Positions 29,128 to 41,345 of a DNA stretch of 64,000 nucleotides are shown one piece after another. The stretch lies in the NCBI GenBank assembly GCA_043228905.1, contig JBHGNT010000003.1:13144001-13208000 (forward strand), read 5' to 3'. A model generated the notes under the pieces. It was not told the DNA's origin and made no database searches. It saw only the letters and a list, made by a program, of their open reading frames with translations. A program made the position numbers and the translations under genes. Within the stretch, counting starts at the first letter, position 1. Each line of letters starts with the position of its first letter. The DNA comes from Azolla caroliniana. Its lineage: Eukaryota; Plantae; Polypodiophyta.

Positions 29128-32100
29128 ATGGCTCAAATTAACGACCCGATGTCATCCGCTCAAGCGGAAGGAACTCAAGGGAATCCTCCTGGACAAATGT
29201 CCACTGAGATGTATTTGGCACAAATAACCCAATACCTTAGTTTCACCGCTCAACAGATGACCGAACTTCGGCAATCTCAGAGTGCTCTTGAGGCACGTGT
29301 CATTAGTCTACAACGTGAGACTAATAGACCTGATGAGCGACAAGGTGAACCATCATTTGTCGTTAAGCCATTTACGGGAGACAAAAAGGAAAGAACCGAA
29401 GAAGCAATCTGCACATGGCTGGGACGATGGGAGTCTCATTTTGAGCTCTATCCCACGCCAGATAGTACGAAGATTGCATATGTCGGCCGAGAACTCGGGG
29501 GTAAGGCCGCCGCCTTGTGGCGTGGCCTCCGTACTATGGGGAAATTGCCTGATACCTGGACAGATTTTGTCACGGTTTTTAAGGGCCAATTTCTGCAACC
29601 TCCCTCTCGAACCGAGGCAGCACAAGCTTTAATGAACCTCTCTAGCAGGAAATTTTCCTCGCTAGAAGACTATGTTCACCATGCTAGAACCCAAATCCAA
29701 AAATCGGGTCTAGAAGGGGACAATTGGTTGATAGCTTGTTTTGTCAATGGCATCCCCAATTCGGACTATCACTGGATAGTGCATGATAAGGATCCAAAAT
29801 CCTTCGAAGAGGCCGTTGAAATAGTTCTTCGCTATCAACGCACTTCGAAGAAGGACCATAACAAACCCAACGAAGCGCCCGGGACTAAGCAGTCGCAATT
29901 TGTTGGGAAACGCAAGACACCCAACGAATTCCTGGATCGCGATTGTAAGCGACAACATCCTTTTTGTGTATTCTGCAAAAAGAAGGGTCATACAAAAGAT
30001 CAATGTCGAAAGCTCCAACGGAAAGAGCACGACAACAAAGCTAAAGCTGCAGACCATAAAGGTCAGATTCCTAATGTCCTTCAGGTCTATACACATCATT
30101 TAAGTAATTGTCAATGTTCTTTCCCTCACTATGTATTGGGTCCCAATGATTTACTACGTGCAAACGGGTATATCAATGGATCTCCCATACAATTTTTATT
30201 TGATTCGGGAAGCTCACACAATTTTGTGAATGATCGTTTGGTTCAGATATGGGGAATCCAACCCACCGTAAGTGATCACACCTACACGGTGCACTTGGCT
30301 GATGGAAGAGTACAATACATCAACGGGGCGATTCATTCATTAGGAATTTCTATTGATACTTATATAGAGGAAGTAGACTTCCATGTAATGAATCTTTGTA
30401 CCACCGATGTAATACTGGGTTATCCCTGGTTTTATAATAAAAACTCTTCTTTATTTATTGATTGGGTTCGTCATTCCATTTCTTTTGTACTGAACGATTG
30501 TACGCATTTTATTCAATGTGTAAAAAAACAATCCCTCTCGATTGTTTCCTCGTGTCCATCAATATCCGAGTTGTCTTGTTCTACGTTATTTTATTGTGTA
30601 CTTGATCCGGACATTCACGTTTACAATATCGATAATGTCCTAATTCAATTAACATATTTTGAACAACAACAACTTGATGAAATCTTAAATGATTTTCATG
30701 ATGTTTTTCCAAGTGAACTACCTGATGGGTTACCTCCTAAACGTAATATAGACCATCGTATAGATATTGTACCTGGTGTTGCACCAATAAGTATACCTCC
30801 GTATCGCTTAAGTTGATCCGAAGAAGATGAGGTATCTAAGCAACTCAAGGACTATTTACGAATGGGTTATATACGTTATAGTAAATCTCCATGGGGTGCA
30901 CCAGTTCTCTTGGTTAAAAAGAAAGAGGGCACATGGCGTATGTGTATTAATTACCGACGCTTGAATAAAGTGACGATCAAGAATTCGTATCCATTGCCCC
31001 GGGCTGACGATCTAATTGACCGTCTCTAGGGAGCTCGGTATTTTACGAAACTTGATCTCCGTACTGGCTACCATCAAATAAGAATAAGTGAGGACGATGT
31101 TCCTAAAACGGCATTTCGTACGCGCTATGGCCATTACGAGTTTTTGGTTATGCCTTTTGGTTTGACCAATGCTCCGGCTACTTTTCAACAAGAAATGAAT
31201 GACATTTTCCGAGAACAACTTGGAAAATTTGTCGTTATTTTCTTGGATGATATTTTAGTTTATAGCCGTACATTACAAGAACATGCTAGACATGTCCGCT
31301 TTGTTTTACAAACATTGCGTGACAAACAGTTTTATGCGAAGATCTCAAAATGTGAGTTCTTCAAGAAATCAATTACTTATCTAGGACATCTCATAACCGA
31401 ACGAGGAGTTGAAATTGATCCTTCTCGCATTGAGAAAATCAAGCTTTGGCCCACTCTTCGGAATATTCGAGAAGTTCGATCATTCCTTGGTTTTGTGGGG
31501 TTTTTGCGAAAGTCTCTTCGTAATTACTCCCAATTGACGACGCCGTTTACTGATCTTTTAAAAGGTCAAACGCGTAAGTCTACAAAACCTATTGTGTGGA
31601 ATGCTACACTAGACCTTGCCTTTAAGGAACTCAAGGACCTAGTTTGCAAGGCTCCTTCACTTCTTTTACCTGATCCTTCAAAACCTTTTGAGGTTGAAAC
31701 CGATGCAAGCGATTATGCTATAGGTGCTGTCTTGTATCAAGATGGTAAACCAATAGCATTCGAGAGTAAGAAACTTGATTCTGCTCAATGTCGGTATACC
31801 GTTCAAGAAAAGGAATTATTTGCAGTTATACATGCGCTCAAAACATGGCGCCATTATCTTTATGGAAATCACTTTGTGGTAACTACGGACCACGAGTCCT
31901 TGAAATATTTTTGTGACCAACAAGACCTGAAAGGTCGTAAGGCACGATGGGCTGATCTCATCCAGGACTTCGATTTTTCCATACGATATCGTAAAGGTTC
32001 CATGAACATTGTCGCTGATGCACTAAGTCGCATCCGTGAAGTTAACACGCTTAGCTTCACTGAAATATCATCATATCTTTATGATCACCTTCGAGGAAAG

Positions 32101-33560
32101 TATCCTGATGACAGTTATTTCGCAAAATACTGGGCAAGAGTTGAGTCTGGAACAGACACCACCACATCCTCGAAGGAATACTTCCACATTGCTAACAGTT
32201 TGCTCTACCGTAATGGGAAGGTTTGTGTTCCAGATTTACCCGAGGTCAAAAAGAGGATTCTTTTTGAATGCCATGATGCACCCTCCGCAGGGCACCCTGG
32301 AATACATCGTACACTCGTTCTCATCTCCACTCAATTTTATTGGCCTAAGATGCGTCCTAACATACATAGCTATGTGACTAAATGTCACCAGTGTCAGGTT
32401 AACAAAGCCGAGCGACTTAAAGCCGCAGGACTTTTACATCCCTTGGACATTCCCAATAATAAGTGGGAAAGTATATCCATGGATTTTATTGTTAGCCTTC
32501 CTCGCACCCAAAAAGGTCATGATGCCATCTGGGTTGTCGTTGATCGACTAACTAAAATGGCCAGATTTATTGCTACTAAAACCACGGTAACAGCTCCTGA
32601 ATTGGCTTACCAATTCGTTGACGAATTGTTTCGTTTTTATGGGTTACCGATGGATATCGTGAGTGATCGAGATCCAAAGTTTACTAGTGACTTCTGGACA
32701 CAAGTCTTTAAGAAGTTAGAAACTACGTTGACATGAGCTCCACGGATCATCCTCAATCCGACGGACAGACAGAACGAGTAAATCAAATTATTGAGGACAT
32801 GCTTCGAGCATACGTTGGTGCAAAACCAACAAAATGGGAACGTTATCTCCCAATTTTGGAGTTTGCTTATAACAGCTCCAAGCATACGTCGACGGGATAT
32901 AGTCCTTTTATGTTGATGTATGGTTTTCAGCCACGAGCCCCGATTGATGTTACTATACATCATGATGAGTTGCGAAGTACGCAAAACTTTCTTCGGGATA
33001 TGCAAGATATGTTGCATATTGCACGAGATAATATAAAAACAGCTCAAGATAGAGCGCGTTTTTATGCCGATCATCATAGGCAACCTCGTGTATTCAACCC
33101 TGGATAGAAGGTATTTTTACGTGTACCTCACAATTCTAAGACATTGTCTACGGGTAAGTGCGCTAAGTTAGCCCCACGGTTTTGTGGACCTTTTACAGTC
33201 CTCAAACGCATTGGGTCATCAGCCTATCGTCTCGCTCTTCCCGATGGTGTCGGAATTTATCCAGTCTTTCATGTGAGTCGTCTAAAAGAACTTCTAGGTT
33301 CTGGCGACAATACAGTTACGACTGAAACTCTGGTTACTTCTGAAGAATTATCTTCTAAACCACATGTACGAGAAAGAATTCTCGATGTTAAAACAAAAAA
33401 ATTACGTACTAAAGAAATCCGAGAATTCAAAATAAAATGGATGGATAAATCAATAAAAGATGCCACATGGGAACGCGAAAATACTCTTAGAACTAACTTC
33501 CCTAACTTTCCATTGCAAGAGTGCAATGTTTTAAAGAGGGGGAGTATGTTACGGGCATGA
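29128..33560 (+). pseudogene. gag-pol: gag-pol-chromodomain polyprotein of G, with nonsense and frameshift lesions at ~30814, ~31028, ~32734 and ~33104
   Basis: Knuckle CVFCKKKGHTKDQC; [10 protein letters not shown]; [12 protein letters not shown] and FLDD; RH TDAS..ADALSR; IN SMDF..SDRD..DGQTE; chromodomain ERILD..FKIKW...DATWE. Confidence 0.92.
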
Positions 33561-34002
33561 CCATATAATATCCCGTGGTAAGAATTTACCGTAGTATTCT
33601 ATACACGTGGATAAGTGTGAGGGTTAAATGAGAGTGTAAAGAAGGGGAGGATTACTTTTAAGCCTCGGGATTGAGACAACCCATTAGGTCAAGTGTGAAC
33701 TTGCCTGGGGGCCTTGGGTATCGCTATAAATAAGAGGCCTAGCTACCCTCATTTGATCATCTTTTTGACTACATCGAGACTCTGCTCGTGTGGTGGGTCA
33801 ACTCTTGTAGCGAGCGCGCCAGCACCAGGTACGACTCGACGCCACGGCGGTGGTATGGGACGCCGATCGAGGCTCGAGTCCGTCTCGATCCCTTCGCTCG
33901 GGGGTGGTCGGGTGGATCGGCACCCTTCTTTCTGTTTCTCCTTTCTATCTTTCATTTCTTTATCCTTATCTTAAGCTTACATTAGTACTATGATCTATAA
34001 TA
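33547..34002 (+). repeat. 3' LTR of G, ending TA rather than CA
   Basis: Matches 26083-26538 with two substitutions seen. Confidence 0.93.
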
Positions 34003-35346
34003 CCGGACCCTCTCCATTATGGTCCGGTTCATCCTCTCGGCCAGCCCGTTTAGATCCGGCGTCTTCGGCACGGTAAATTTGAGCCGAATTCCCTTCAAGC
34101 GATAGTACTCCTCGAACTACCCCCGGTATTCACCTCCGTTAACTGCTCGAACCGCCTTCAGCTTCCGGCCGGTTTCTCTTTCCACTCTCGCGTGGAGCTC
34201 TTTGAAGACGGATAGCACCTGATCCTTTGTCTTCAATGGTGTGGCCCACACCTTCCGGCTATGGTCATCTATGAACGTCACGTAGTACTGCGATCCGGCA
34301 TGTGACTTCGTATCCACTTGACATACATCCGTATGCACCAACTCCGGTGGCGCATTACATCTCATCGGTGGCCTTGATCGGAAGGAGGTCCGGTTTTGCT
34401 TACCGGCCAGACAATCGGTGCACTTCTCCAAGTGCACGTTCTTCACTGGAATGAGGTTGTCATCTGCAAGTCTCTTCATCCCCTTCTCGCTCATGTGACA
34501 CAACCTTTTGTGCCACAGCTCACCGGCAGTGTCGGATGCCATGTTCACTTCCTCCGGACATAACCTAGCATTCATCAGGTACAAAGTGTTGACCTTCCAG
34601 GACCGAGCCACAATCAGGCTCCCTTTGCTGAACTTCATGACACCGTTCCGGATGCTGCCTGTGTAGCCTTCATCATCTAACCGACCGGCTGATATCAGGT
34701 TCAGACGAACCTCCGGAATGTGTCGGACATGCTTCAGCAGCATCTTGCATCCGGTTGGTGTTGTCAACCACACGTCTCCTATGCCGACAATTCGGCATGT
34801 TCCTTCATTCCCCATCCGGACACAGCTGTGATCACCAACTGAGTAGGACGAGATGCATTTCCGGTCCGGGGTAAGGTAGAACGACGCTCCGGAGTCGACC
34901 ACCCAGGTCATCTCGTCGCCGGCAAGGTTTAGCTCACTCTCCTCGGTGATGGGCATCAACTCTTCTTCACTTGCCGTGATTGCCGTTGTTCCCTTCCGGT
35001 TCGGCCCCCTCCGGTCTTTGCCGTTCCGGTCCAGGGTATGCTTTGAATCGGTACCGTCGGTTTCCTTGTCTCTTCAGAAATGCCGACAGTTCTTCTGGAA
35101 GTGTCCCGGTTTGCCGCAATAGAAGCAAGTAGGCCTCCCCCTTGACTTTGACCGTGTCCCCGACTTCTCCCGGTTCTGGGGACTACGGTTTCTATGTCTT
35201 CCGTGTTCCGATTCGGTAAGGAGCTCTTTGGAGTCGGAGCTCGTATCCTTATCTTTCCGACGCGCCTCCTCATCTAGCAAGCTTGACTTCACTCTTGCTA
35301 GGGATAACCGTTTCCCTTCTGGCCCGGCGTTGCCCAAAGTGACAAC

Positions 35347-36171
35347 TGTTGGGAGACAGGTCCCTCCGGATGGGAAGGGAGAAGATCAGTGACGATGAAC
35401 AAACTCAGCTACGGAGAGCCGGATGGTGCAGACCCGGTATGAACCGGATGAGGAGTACCCAACTACGGAGAGCCGGATGGTGCAGACCCGGTATGAACCG
35501 GATGAGGAGTACCCGGCTACAGAGAGCCGGATGGTGCAGACCCGGTATGAACCGGATGAGGAGTACCCGGCTACAGAGAGCCGGATGGTGCAGACCCGGT
35601 ATGAACCGGATGAGGAGTACCCGGCTACGGAGAGCCGGATGGTGCAGGCCCGGTATGAACCGGATGAGGAGTACCCGGCTACGGAGAACCGGATGGTGCA
35701 GGCCTGGTACGAACCGGAGGAAGAGACATATTCGTGAATATGTTTCTGAGAGCCCATCGTGGCTATATTTGTAAATAGCCGAAAAGTCATATTAGTATAA
35801 ATATGACTTAGGGCAAACTAATAGGTGTTGCTGTCATTTTTCTGTATTACACGAGATTAGTGTGTGTAACTGTACAGAGAGAGAGAGAGAGAGAAAGAGG
35901 TTGTTGCCTCTGTTGTAACCGCCGCTTGTGGCGAAGATCGTGAGTCCGAGGTCGTTGCCTCCGTGAACTCACTGATTTGTACATTCATACATAGTGACAG
36001 TTTGCAGCATGTGGGCTGCCGTGGTTTTTTCCCCTAGTTTGGGGTTTTCCACGTTAACCTCCTGTGTAGCTTTCTCCTCTTTGTGTCGTGTTCTATTTCC
36101 CGTTTTCTGTGTATGAAAAGAATCTCGGTTGTGGCCGAGCGTTGCGCATAAGGAACGTCCAGTTCCCGTCA
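35347..36171 (+). mobile_element. Copia solo LTR (E-related family) inserted antisense in E gag
   Basis: TGTTGGG...CCCGTCA; TSD ACAAC at 35342-35346 and 36172-36176. Confidence 0.92.
35409..35720 (+). repeat. ~6 x 54-bp CCGG-rich tandem subrepeat in the LTR U3 region
   Basis: Units start at 35409, 35463, 35517, 35571, 35625 and 35679. Confidence 0.93.
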
Positions 36172-36665
36172 ACAACCAACGTCTCCCAGCTATCCGGGAG
36201 GGAACCGAGCAGGAGTAGCGCTAGTACCTCATCGGCGAGAGGTACTTCCAATGATGTTGCCTGGTAGATCAGCCCCTAGAAGGCATTCATGTGCTCCGCC
36301 ATGCTGGAGCCATCTTGGTACCGGAGTCTTACTAGCTTCCGGAATACCGAAACCTGATTAACAACATTTTTGTTTTGAAACATAATGTCGATCTTCTCCT
36401 AGAGCTCATGAGCCTTGCTCTCTTCATTGAAGTTGTTGTATAGGCTCATGTCGATGAAGCACCGTATGTACGCCGTTGTCTTCATGTGCATCACCTCCCA
36501 TATCGTGGCGTCGATTTTGTCCGGTCTCTTGTCCCCAAACTGAACCGGAAACCAAAGATCTTTAACCACGAGCATATCCCTCATCTTCGACTTCCACACC
36601 GAATAGTTGGAGCCGGTGAGCTTGAACATGCCTCCCAACAAATCGTCCATTTTCTGTGTCGTTTC

Positions 36666-36677
36666 GCTCTGATACCA
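36666..36677 (-). promoter_or_regulatory. tRNA-Met(i) PBS of E
   Basis: TGGTATCAGAGC on the minus strand, 2 nt from the LTR. Confidence 0.92.
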
Positions 36678-36679
36678 CT

Positions 36680-36900
36680 TGACGGGAACCACCCGTTGCT
36701 TATACGCAACGCTCGGCCACAACCGAGCTTAGAATCATGCACAGAAAACGGGAAATGAAAGCACGACACAATGGAGAGGAGAGTACACAGGATGTTTAAC
36801 GTGGAAAAACCCTGAGAGGGAAAAAACCACGGTAGTCCACTGAATGCTAACTATCACTATGTCACAATAATTACAACAGTGAGCTCACGGAGGCAACGAC

Positions 36901-36955
<55 letters not shown>

Positions 36956-37380
36956 CAGAGTTACACGCTCTAATCTCTCGCACCAACAAGAATAACGACC
37001 AACTCAAAAGTTTTCCCTAAGTCATATTTATACTAATATGACTTTTCGGCTATTTACAAATATAGCCACAGTGGACTCTCAGAAACATATTTACGAATAT
37101 GTCTCTTCATCCGGTGAGCACTCCTCACCGGGTCTTCACCATCCGGCTCTCCGTAGCCGGGTACTCCTCATCCGGTTCTCACCAGGTCTGCACCATCCGG
37201 CTCTTCGTAGCCGGGTACTCCTCATCCGGTTCTCACTGGGTCTGCACCATCCGGCTCTCCGTAGCCGGGTACCTCTCATCCGGTTCTCACCGGGTCTTCA
37301 CCATCCGGTTCTCTGTAGCCAGGTACTCGTCATCCGCACTGTTCTTCTCCCTTCCCATCCGGAGGGATCTGTCTCCCACA
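36680..37380 (-). repeat. 5' LTR of E, with a (CT)n tract and ~4 x 54-bp subrepeats
   Basis: Matches the split 3' LTR with scattered substitutions. Confidence 0.9.
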
Positions 37381-37401
37381 ACCAATAACCTTTTGGCTTG
37401 G

Positions 37402-38988
37402 TCAGCCTTCGTCTAGATTTGCATTCAACTGAATCAGACTCAGATGATCGACTTCCATCCGGGTCCATTTCCATCCAGTTTTCGGTTGGGTCGGGCCCGG
37501 TTGATCAACTCTCATCTGGGTCGGCTTCCGTTCGGGTCGGAATACCAACCGCTTCATCTTCCATCCAGATTGTATTCTGGTTCTTCCTTTCTTGCTGCTC
37601 TCTGGCTCTTCATCGAACTCTATTGTAGCTTTGTTTTTGGCCTCCTTGTTGACCATTGTTCCTTCGTATGCGCTAGCTTTGACCTTCATCTCCTCGCCGC
37701 CACCTTCCATCTCTCCAGTCTTATGTTGGCTCTCGGGCACAACTACCGAAGTCTTTGGAACCAGTGTGGAGGGATCGCTTCATCTATGGCCATCCTCCTC
37801 CTCGCCGTTTCGGTCCTTCAATTACCTGTCGCCACTTTCCGTCTCTCCGGTCTCACGTTGACACTTGGGCACAACTGCCGAAGTCTTAGGAACAATTGTG
37901 GGGAGAGTCTCGGCACCATCAGTCCCCATCGACTCATCCATAGACATCATTCCCTCAACGTTGTTATTTGCATTGGCTTCAATCTTTGCTTCCCCGCCAC
38001 TTTCTGTCTCTTGGGTCTCATGTTGGCTCTTGAACACAACTGCCCAAGTCTCAAGATCAAGTGTTGGGAAAGTCTCCACATGGCCATCCGCCGTGGGCTC
38101 GTGCATAGCCATCTTCGACTCGTTGTCATTCTTCATGGCTACTGCCTCAACCACGTCAACCTCACACTCTTCATCTCCCTTGATTACGCAAGATTTGCTC
38201 ATGCTTGCACCTTCATCACTTACTTCGGACACAACGTATGTTCCGAAATGCTCATCCACTCTCAAAGCGGCGTTCCCCGCTCTTGAGACTTCTACCTTAT
38301 GCTCGACTAGTGTTTCTCCACAATAAGAGAAGGCGACTTGTTGTGCACCTTCTCTCTTGGTGCTGTCATACCAAACCTGAGCCTTTGTATCGGCCACTTC
38401 ATTAACCCACCTTTGTTGGGAGGTTTCTTCTTCCTCGATCATCATTCGCCTCGATTTGGGTTCCATTTTAAGCTTCTCTTCAGCCTCGACTTGTGACTTT
38501 AAGTTCCTAAATGCCTCCCTCATAAAGACTTCTATGTCGAGTATTCTCAAGCCTTCCCTCTTTGAGCTTTCTTCCTTTGGTGGTGGCACATTGCCACATC
38601 TCGTCCTCCTTCGATCGTCCCTCATGGGTCATGACATTGTTGACAAGATTCCCATCTTTCTCTTGTCATGTTGTCGGCATACTCTTTTGACTTCAGTCCA
38701 ATTCTCGGTGAGGCCATTCGCTCCATCATCGTCCTCAAGGTTGGTTCCAATTGCCTTCCTTTCCTTCTGATCGACTGACTTCACGAACAACATGACCTTA
38801 TCCAGCCCCACCAATCTTTGTTCCTGCACTGAGAGTTGAGCAAAGCGATGCTCAAACTCTAGGAAAGCATGCATGGCACTTTGGTAGGTCTTCATTGATG
38901 ATACCCATTGGTCGAACTCGTGCCAACCTCGTCCCTTCGGTTTCTCATATACATATGCCTCCAATAGAGCTTCCTCGTCCATCTTCAT
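37402..38988 (-). pseudogene. gag: Decayed gag plus repeat-tail ORF of D
   Basis: HEFDQWVSS..FLEFEHRFAQL..LVGLDKVMLFV..LEDDDGANGLTENW matches the A ORF; repeats PTLDLETWAVVFKSQHET and PTIVPKTSAVVPKCQRET. Confidence 0.75.
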
Positions 38989-39026
38989 CCTCCCTTGCCG
39001 CTCTTAACGTCGGGTTCACCAAAAAA

Positions 39027-39703
39027 TGTCACAAAGATGCGCGTGCGTGCGTGCTTCGCTTGAGCGGGACCACCGGGGTCTCGTACCAGGGAGGACATTC
39101 GCGAAATTGTCGAAAAGATGACGATGTGTATGTAGGAGTCGAGGAAACTAATGTCACACTTGAGAAAATCGAAGATTTTTATACTTGAGAAGAAGATAGA
39201 TGTCAAGAATAAGAATAAGAAGAGTATTATATTATTATTATTGATGATGATGATGATGATGATCTCCAAATTGACCCCCCTTACACAAGCCCAACTAGAG
39301 GCTTTTATAGGTCTCTGCATGCTTGTGACATGTACAAAACCATGGGTTTAGCCCATGGTTTTGTGCACACGGTTTTGCTTATGACATGCATAAAACCATG
39401 GGCTTAAATCCATGGTTTTGTGCACACGGTTTTGTACGTTTGTTTCCTATGGAACATTGAATATGACAAGGAAATATACAAAATCTAAAGCACTTAGTAG
39501 TAGCTTTAGTGGTAAGCTAATTGCCTCCTATCTTGGAGGTGCAAGGTTCAAATCTTACTTGCACCCCTCTATACGCACTCAATGCCATTAGGCCCTAGGA
39601 TTATTTATTATTGATTTAATTTCATTTTTACAAGTATTTGTGTAATGTGCGTGGAACCACACTTTTTCACTTTTTCTCCCATTGGATGTGCAACATCATG
39701 ACA
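39027..39703 (-). repeat. 5' LTR of D, with the tRNA-Trp PBS adjacent at 39005-39021
   Basis: TGTCA...TGACA termini; matches 11547-12222. Confidence 0.9.
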
Positions 39704-40511
39704 CCGGTTTGCACCGGATCCATCCAGATTCACCTTATCCGGTTTCCGGGTCTCATTCGAAACCCTTCCAGATCCAGTTCCTTCATTTAGCTCGTCCGAT
39801 CCGGCTCATCCGGTTCTCATCCGGAGGGACCGAATTCCCAACACTTTGGACTACCAGGCCTACCATGTCGGAATCATCTAGCCATTGATGATGCTTGTCA
39901 GATCGATCACATGCTCTTCTTAGCACAACCTAATCTATTATGAGACCATTGGGTTGTGCTTCGTCCTCTAATAGACTACCTAGTTCTCGTCTATCTTTTG
40001 CATCCACCGCCTTTAAGAAGTACAAAACTTTATCTCGTTCAAGAAGTGTTTGGTCGGTTCTCGGGAGACGGTTGGACATTTGGTCAAATTTGGTGTACAC
40101 TCCCGATGTGTTCATGTTCTTCCCCTTCTTCTCGATCCACTTCCTCAATGTCTGATGAGTTATCCTCGACGCATCTTCAAGCATATATTCAGCCAAAATC
40201 CTTGTTTTAAATCCCACCCATGTTGTTTGGGTGGCTTCAATCTCCCTTATACAGCCTTGTAACCCAATTGCTACGACACGCGTCAAGCTTGATATTTGCT
40301 TATCTTCGATGACATCACGTTGTTGCATCTCCTTCTTGTATGTAGCGAGAAAATCCGTAATGTTTCTTCCACCAAATTTGCCCGCTATCTCAACAGTTCA
40401 GTCGATGGCCTTGTCTAAGCTTGCATCATTATCTCGAGCTCTCATCATATGCTCGACAATTGTCCCCAACTTTGCCACTTCGTTAGCTTGGGTGTTTGTC
40501 GAAGAAGCCAT
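39704..40511 (-). pseudogene. gag: gag fragment of K
   Basis: VAIGLQGCIREI..EYMLEDASRIT..DKVLYFLKAVD..RELGSLLED aligns with J gag; internal stops are present. Confidence 0.8.
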
Positions 40512-40712
40512 CTTCTAACCTTGTATTTCAAGCACTTGATCCTTCCTACCACCTCTTCACATCAGGTTCACCACTTTATTATGTCGTGAAAATCCGTCAC
40601 TATGTGCGGATAGTGAGGTGGAACCACCGGGGTTATGGATGGGAAGGAAATAGGGCTCACATGCACAACACAAGGAAGTCTTACACAAACAAGGCACGAG
40701 TATTCGAACGTG

Positions 40713-41345
40713 TTTGTGAAAAGGAGAGGTGCATGGGCAAGCCTGAATCAACTCCTAGTCACAAGACGAACGAATGCACGTGAGGAAGGCTTACACATGG
40801 ACACACAAGGAAAAGGCTTACTTACACACACGAGAGACAAAATTTTGAATGCCTTTGTGAAAAGAGAGGTGCATGGGCAAGCCCGAATGCTCCCTTGTTA
40901 CAAGACACATGAATACACAAGCAAAGTTTACACACGGGAGATACAATTTCGAACGCCTTTGTGAAAGGAGAGGTGCATGGGCAAGCCCGAACGCTCCCTT
41001 GCCACAAGTCGCAGGAACACACAAGCAAGATTTAGCACTAACAGGAAGAAACGAAAGTTTGAATGCCTTTGTGAAAGGAGAGTTGCATGGGCAAGCCCGA
41101 CACGCTCCCTTGTCGCAAGACACTCAAATAGATAAGCACAAATGACATTAACATATAAGACACGTAAGTTTGAATGCCTTTGTGAAAGGAGAGGTGCATG
41201 GGCAAAAGCCCGAAACGCTCCCTTGTCACAAGACACACAAACAAATAAGCACAAACGACAATAACATATAAGATACATAAGTTTGAATTCCTTTGTGAAA
41301 GGAGAGGTGCATGGGCAAGCCCAAAACGCTCCCTTGTCACAAGAC
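40713..41345. repeat. Six ~105-140-bp degenerate repeats, each with a ~52-nt hairpin core, in the K LTR
   Basis: TTTGTGAAAGGAGAGGTGCATGGGCAAGCCCGAACGCTCCCTTGTCACAAG at ~40713, 40854, 40958, 41068, 41179 and 41292. Confidence 0.85.

Larger units (their letters stand above)
26083..34002 (+). mobile_element. Element G: Ty3/gypsy chromovirus with three LTRs, inserted in the E integrase
   Basis: 456-bp LTRs at 26083-26538, 26986-27441 and 33547-34002; TSD CCGGA at 26078-26082 and 34003-34007; short Met PBS TGGTATCAGA at 26541 and 27444; PPT AAAGAGGGGGAG at ~33533-33544. Confidence 0.94.
23223..36650 (-). pseudogene. gag-pol: Fragmented copia gag-PR-IN-RT-RH polyprotein of E, interrupted by two solo LTRs and G
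   Basis: gag KLTGSNYSVWK and CFYCGKPGHFQKNC; PR WVVDSGAS; GAG-pre-integrase LWHKRLCH; IN LVHTDV; RT KARIV and LLYVDDML; RH ALSTTEAEY..TKHI; ends ...RHPMPE* at the PPT. Confidence 0.9.
12668..37380 (-). mobile_element. Element E: full-length decayed Ty1/copia (Tnt1/Tork-like by inspection) carrying four nested insertions
   Basis: TSD ACCAA at 12663-12667 and 37381-37385; paired LTRs; Met PBS 36666-36677; PPT GAAGGGGGAG at ~23215-23224; order gag-PR-IN-RT-RH. Confidence 0.92.
11547..39703 (-). mobile_element. Element D: non-autonomous gag-only Trp-primed element related to A, split by insertion of E
   Basis: Paired LTRs at 11547-12222 and 39027-39703; PBS 39005-39021; gag remnant at 38629-38988 is homologous to the A ORF; internal pieces 12223-12667 and 37381-39004 rejoin at TSD ACCAA. 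Confidence 0.88.

Noticed and set aside
35349-35790. Repetitive ORFs in several frames (18-aa repeats)
   Set aside because: They are a by-product of a stop-poor 54-bp tandem unit within a solo LTR, with no evidence of coding selection.
37444-38286. 280-aa plus-strand ORF as a host gene
   Set aside because: It is the antisense shadow of the purine-rich gag-tail frame of D, with no recognisable domain.
40713-41345. CRISPR-like pattern of conserved palindromic repeats with variable linkers
   Set aside because: The linkers are mutually homologous and of irregular length, there are no cas genes, and the array lies inside a eukaryotic LTR.
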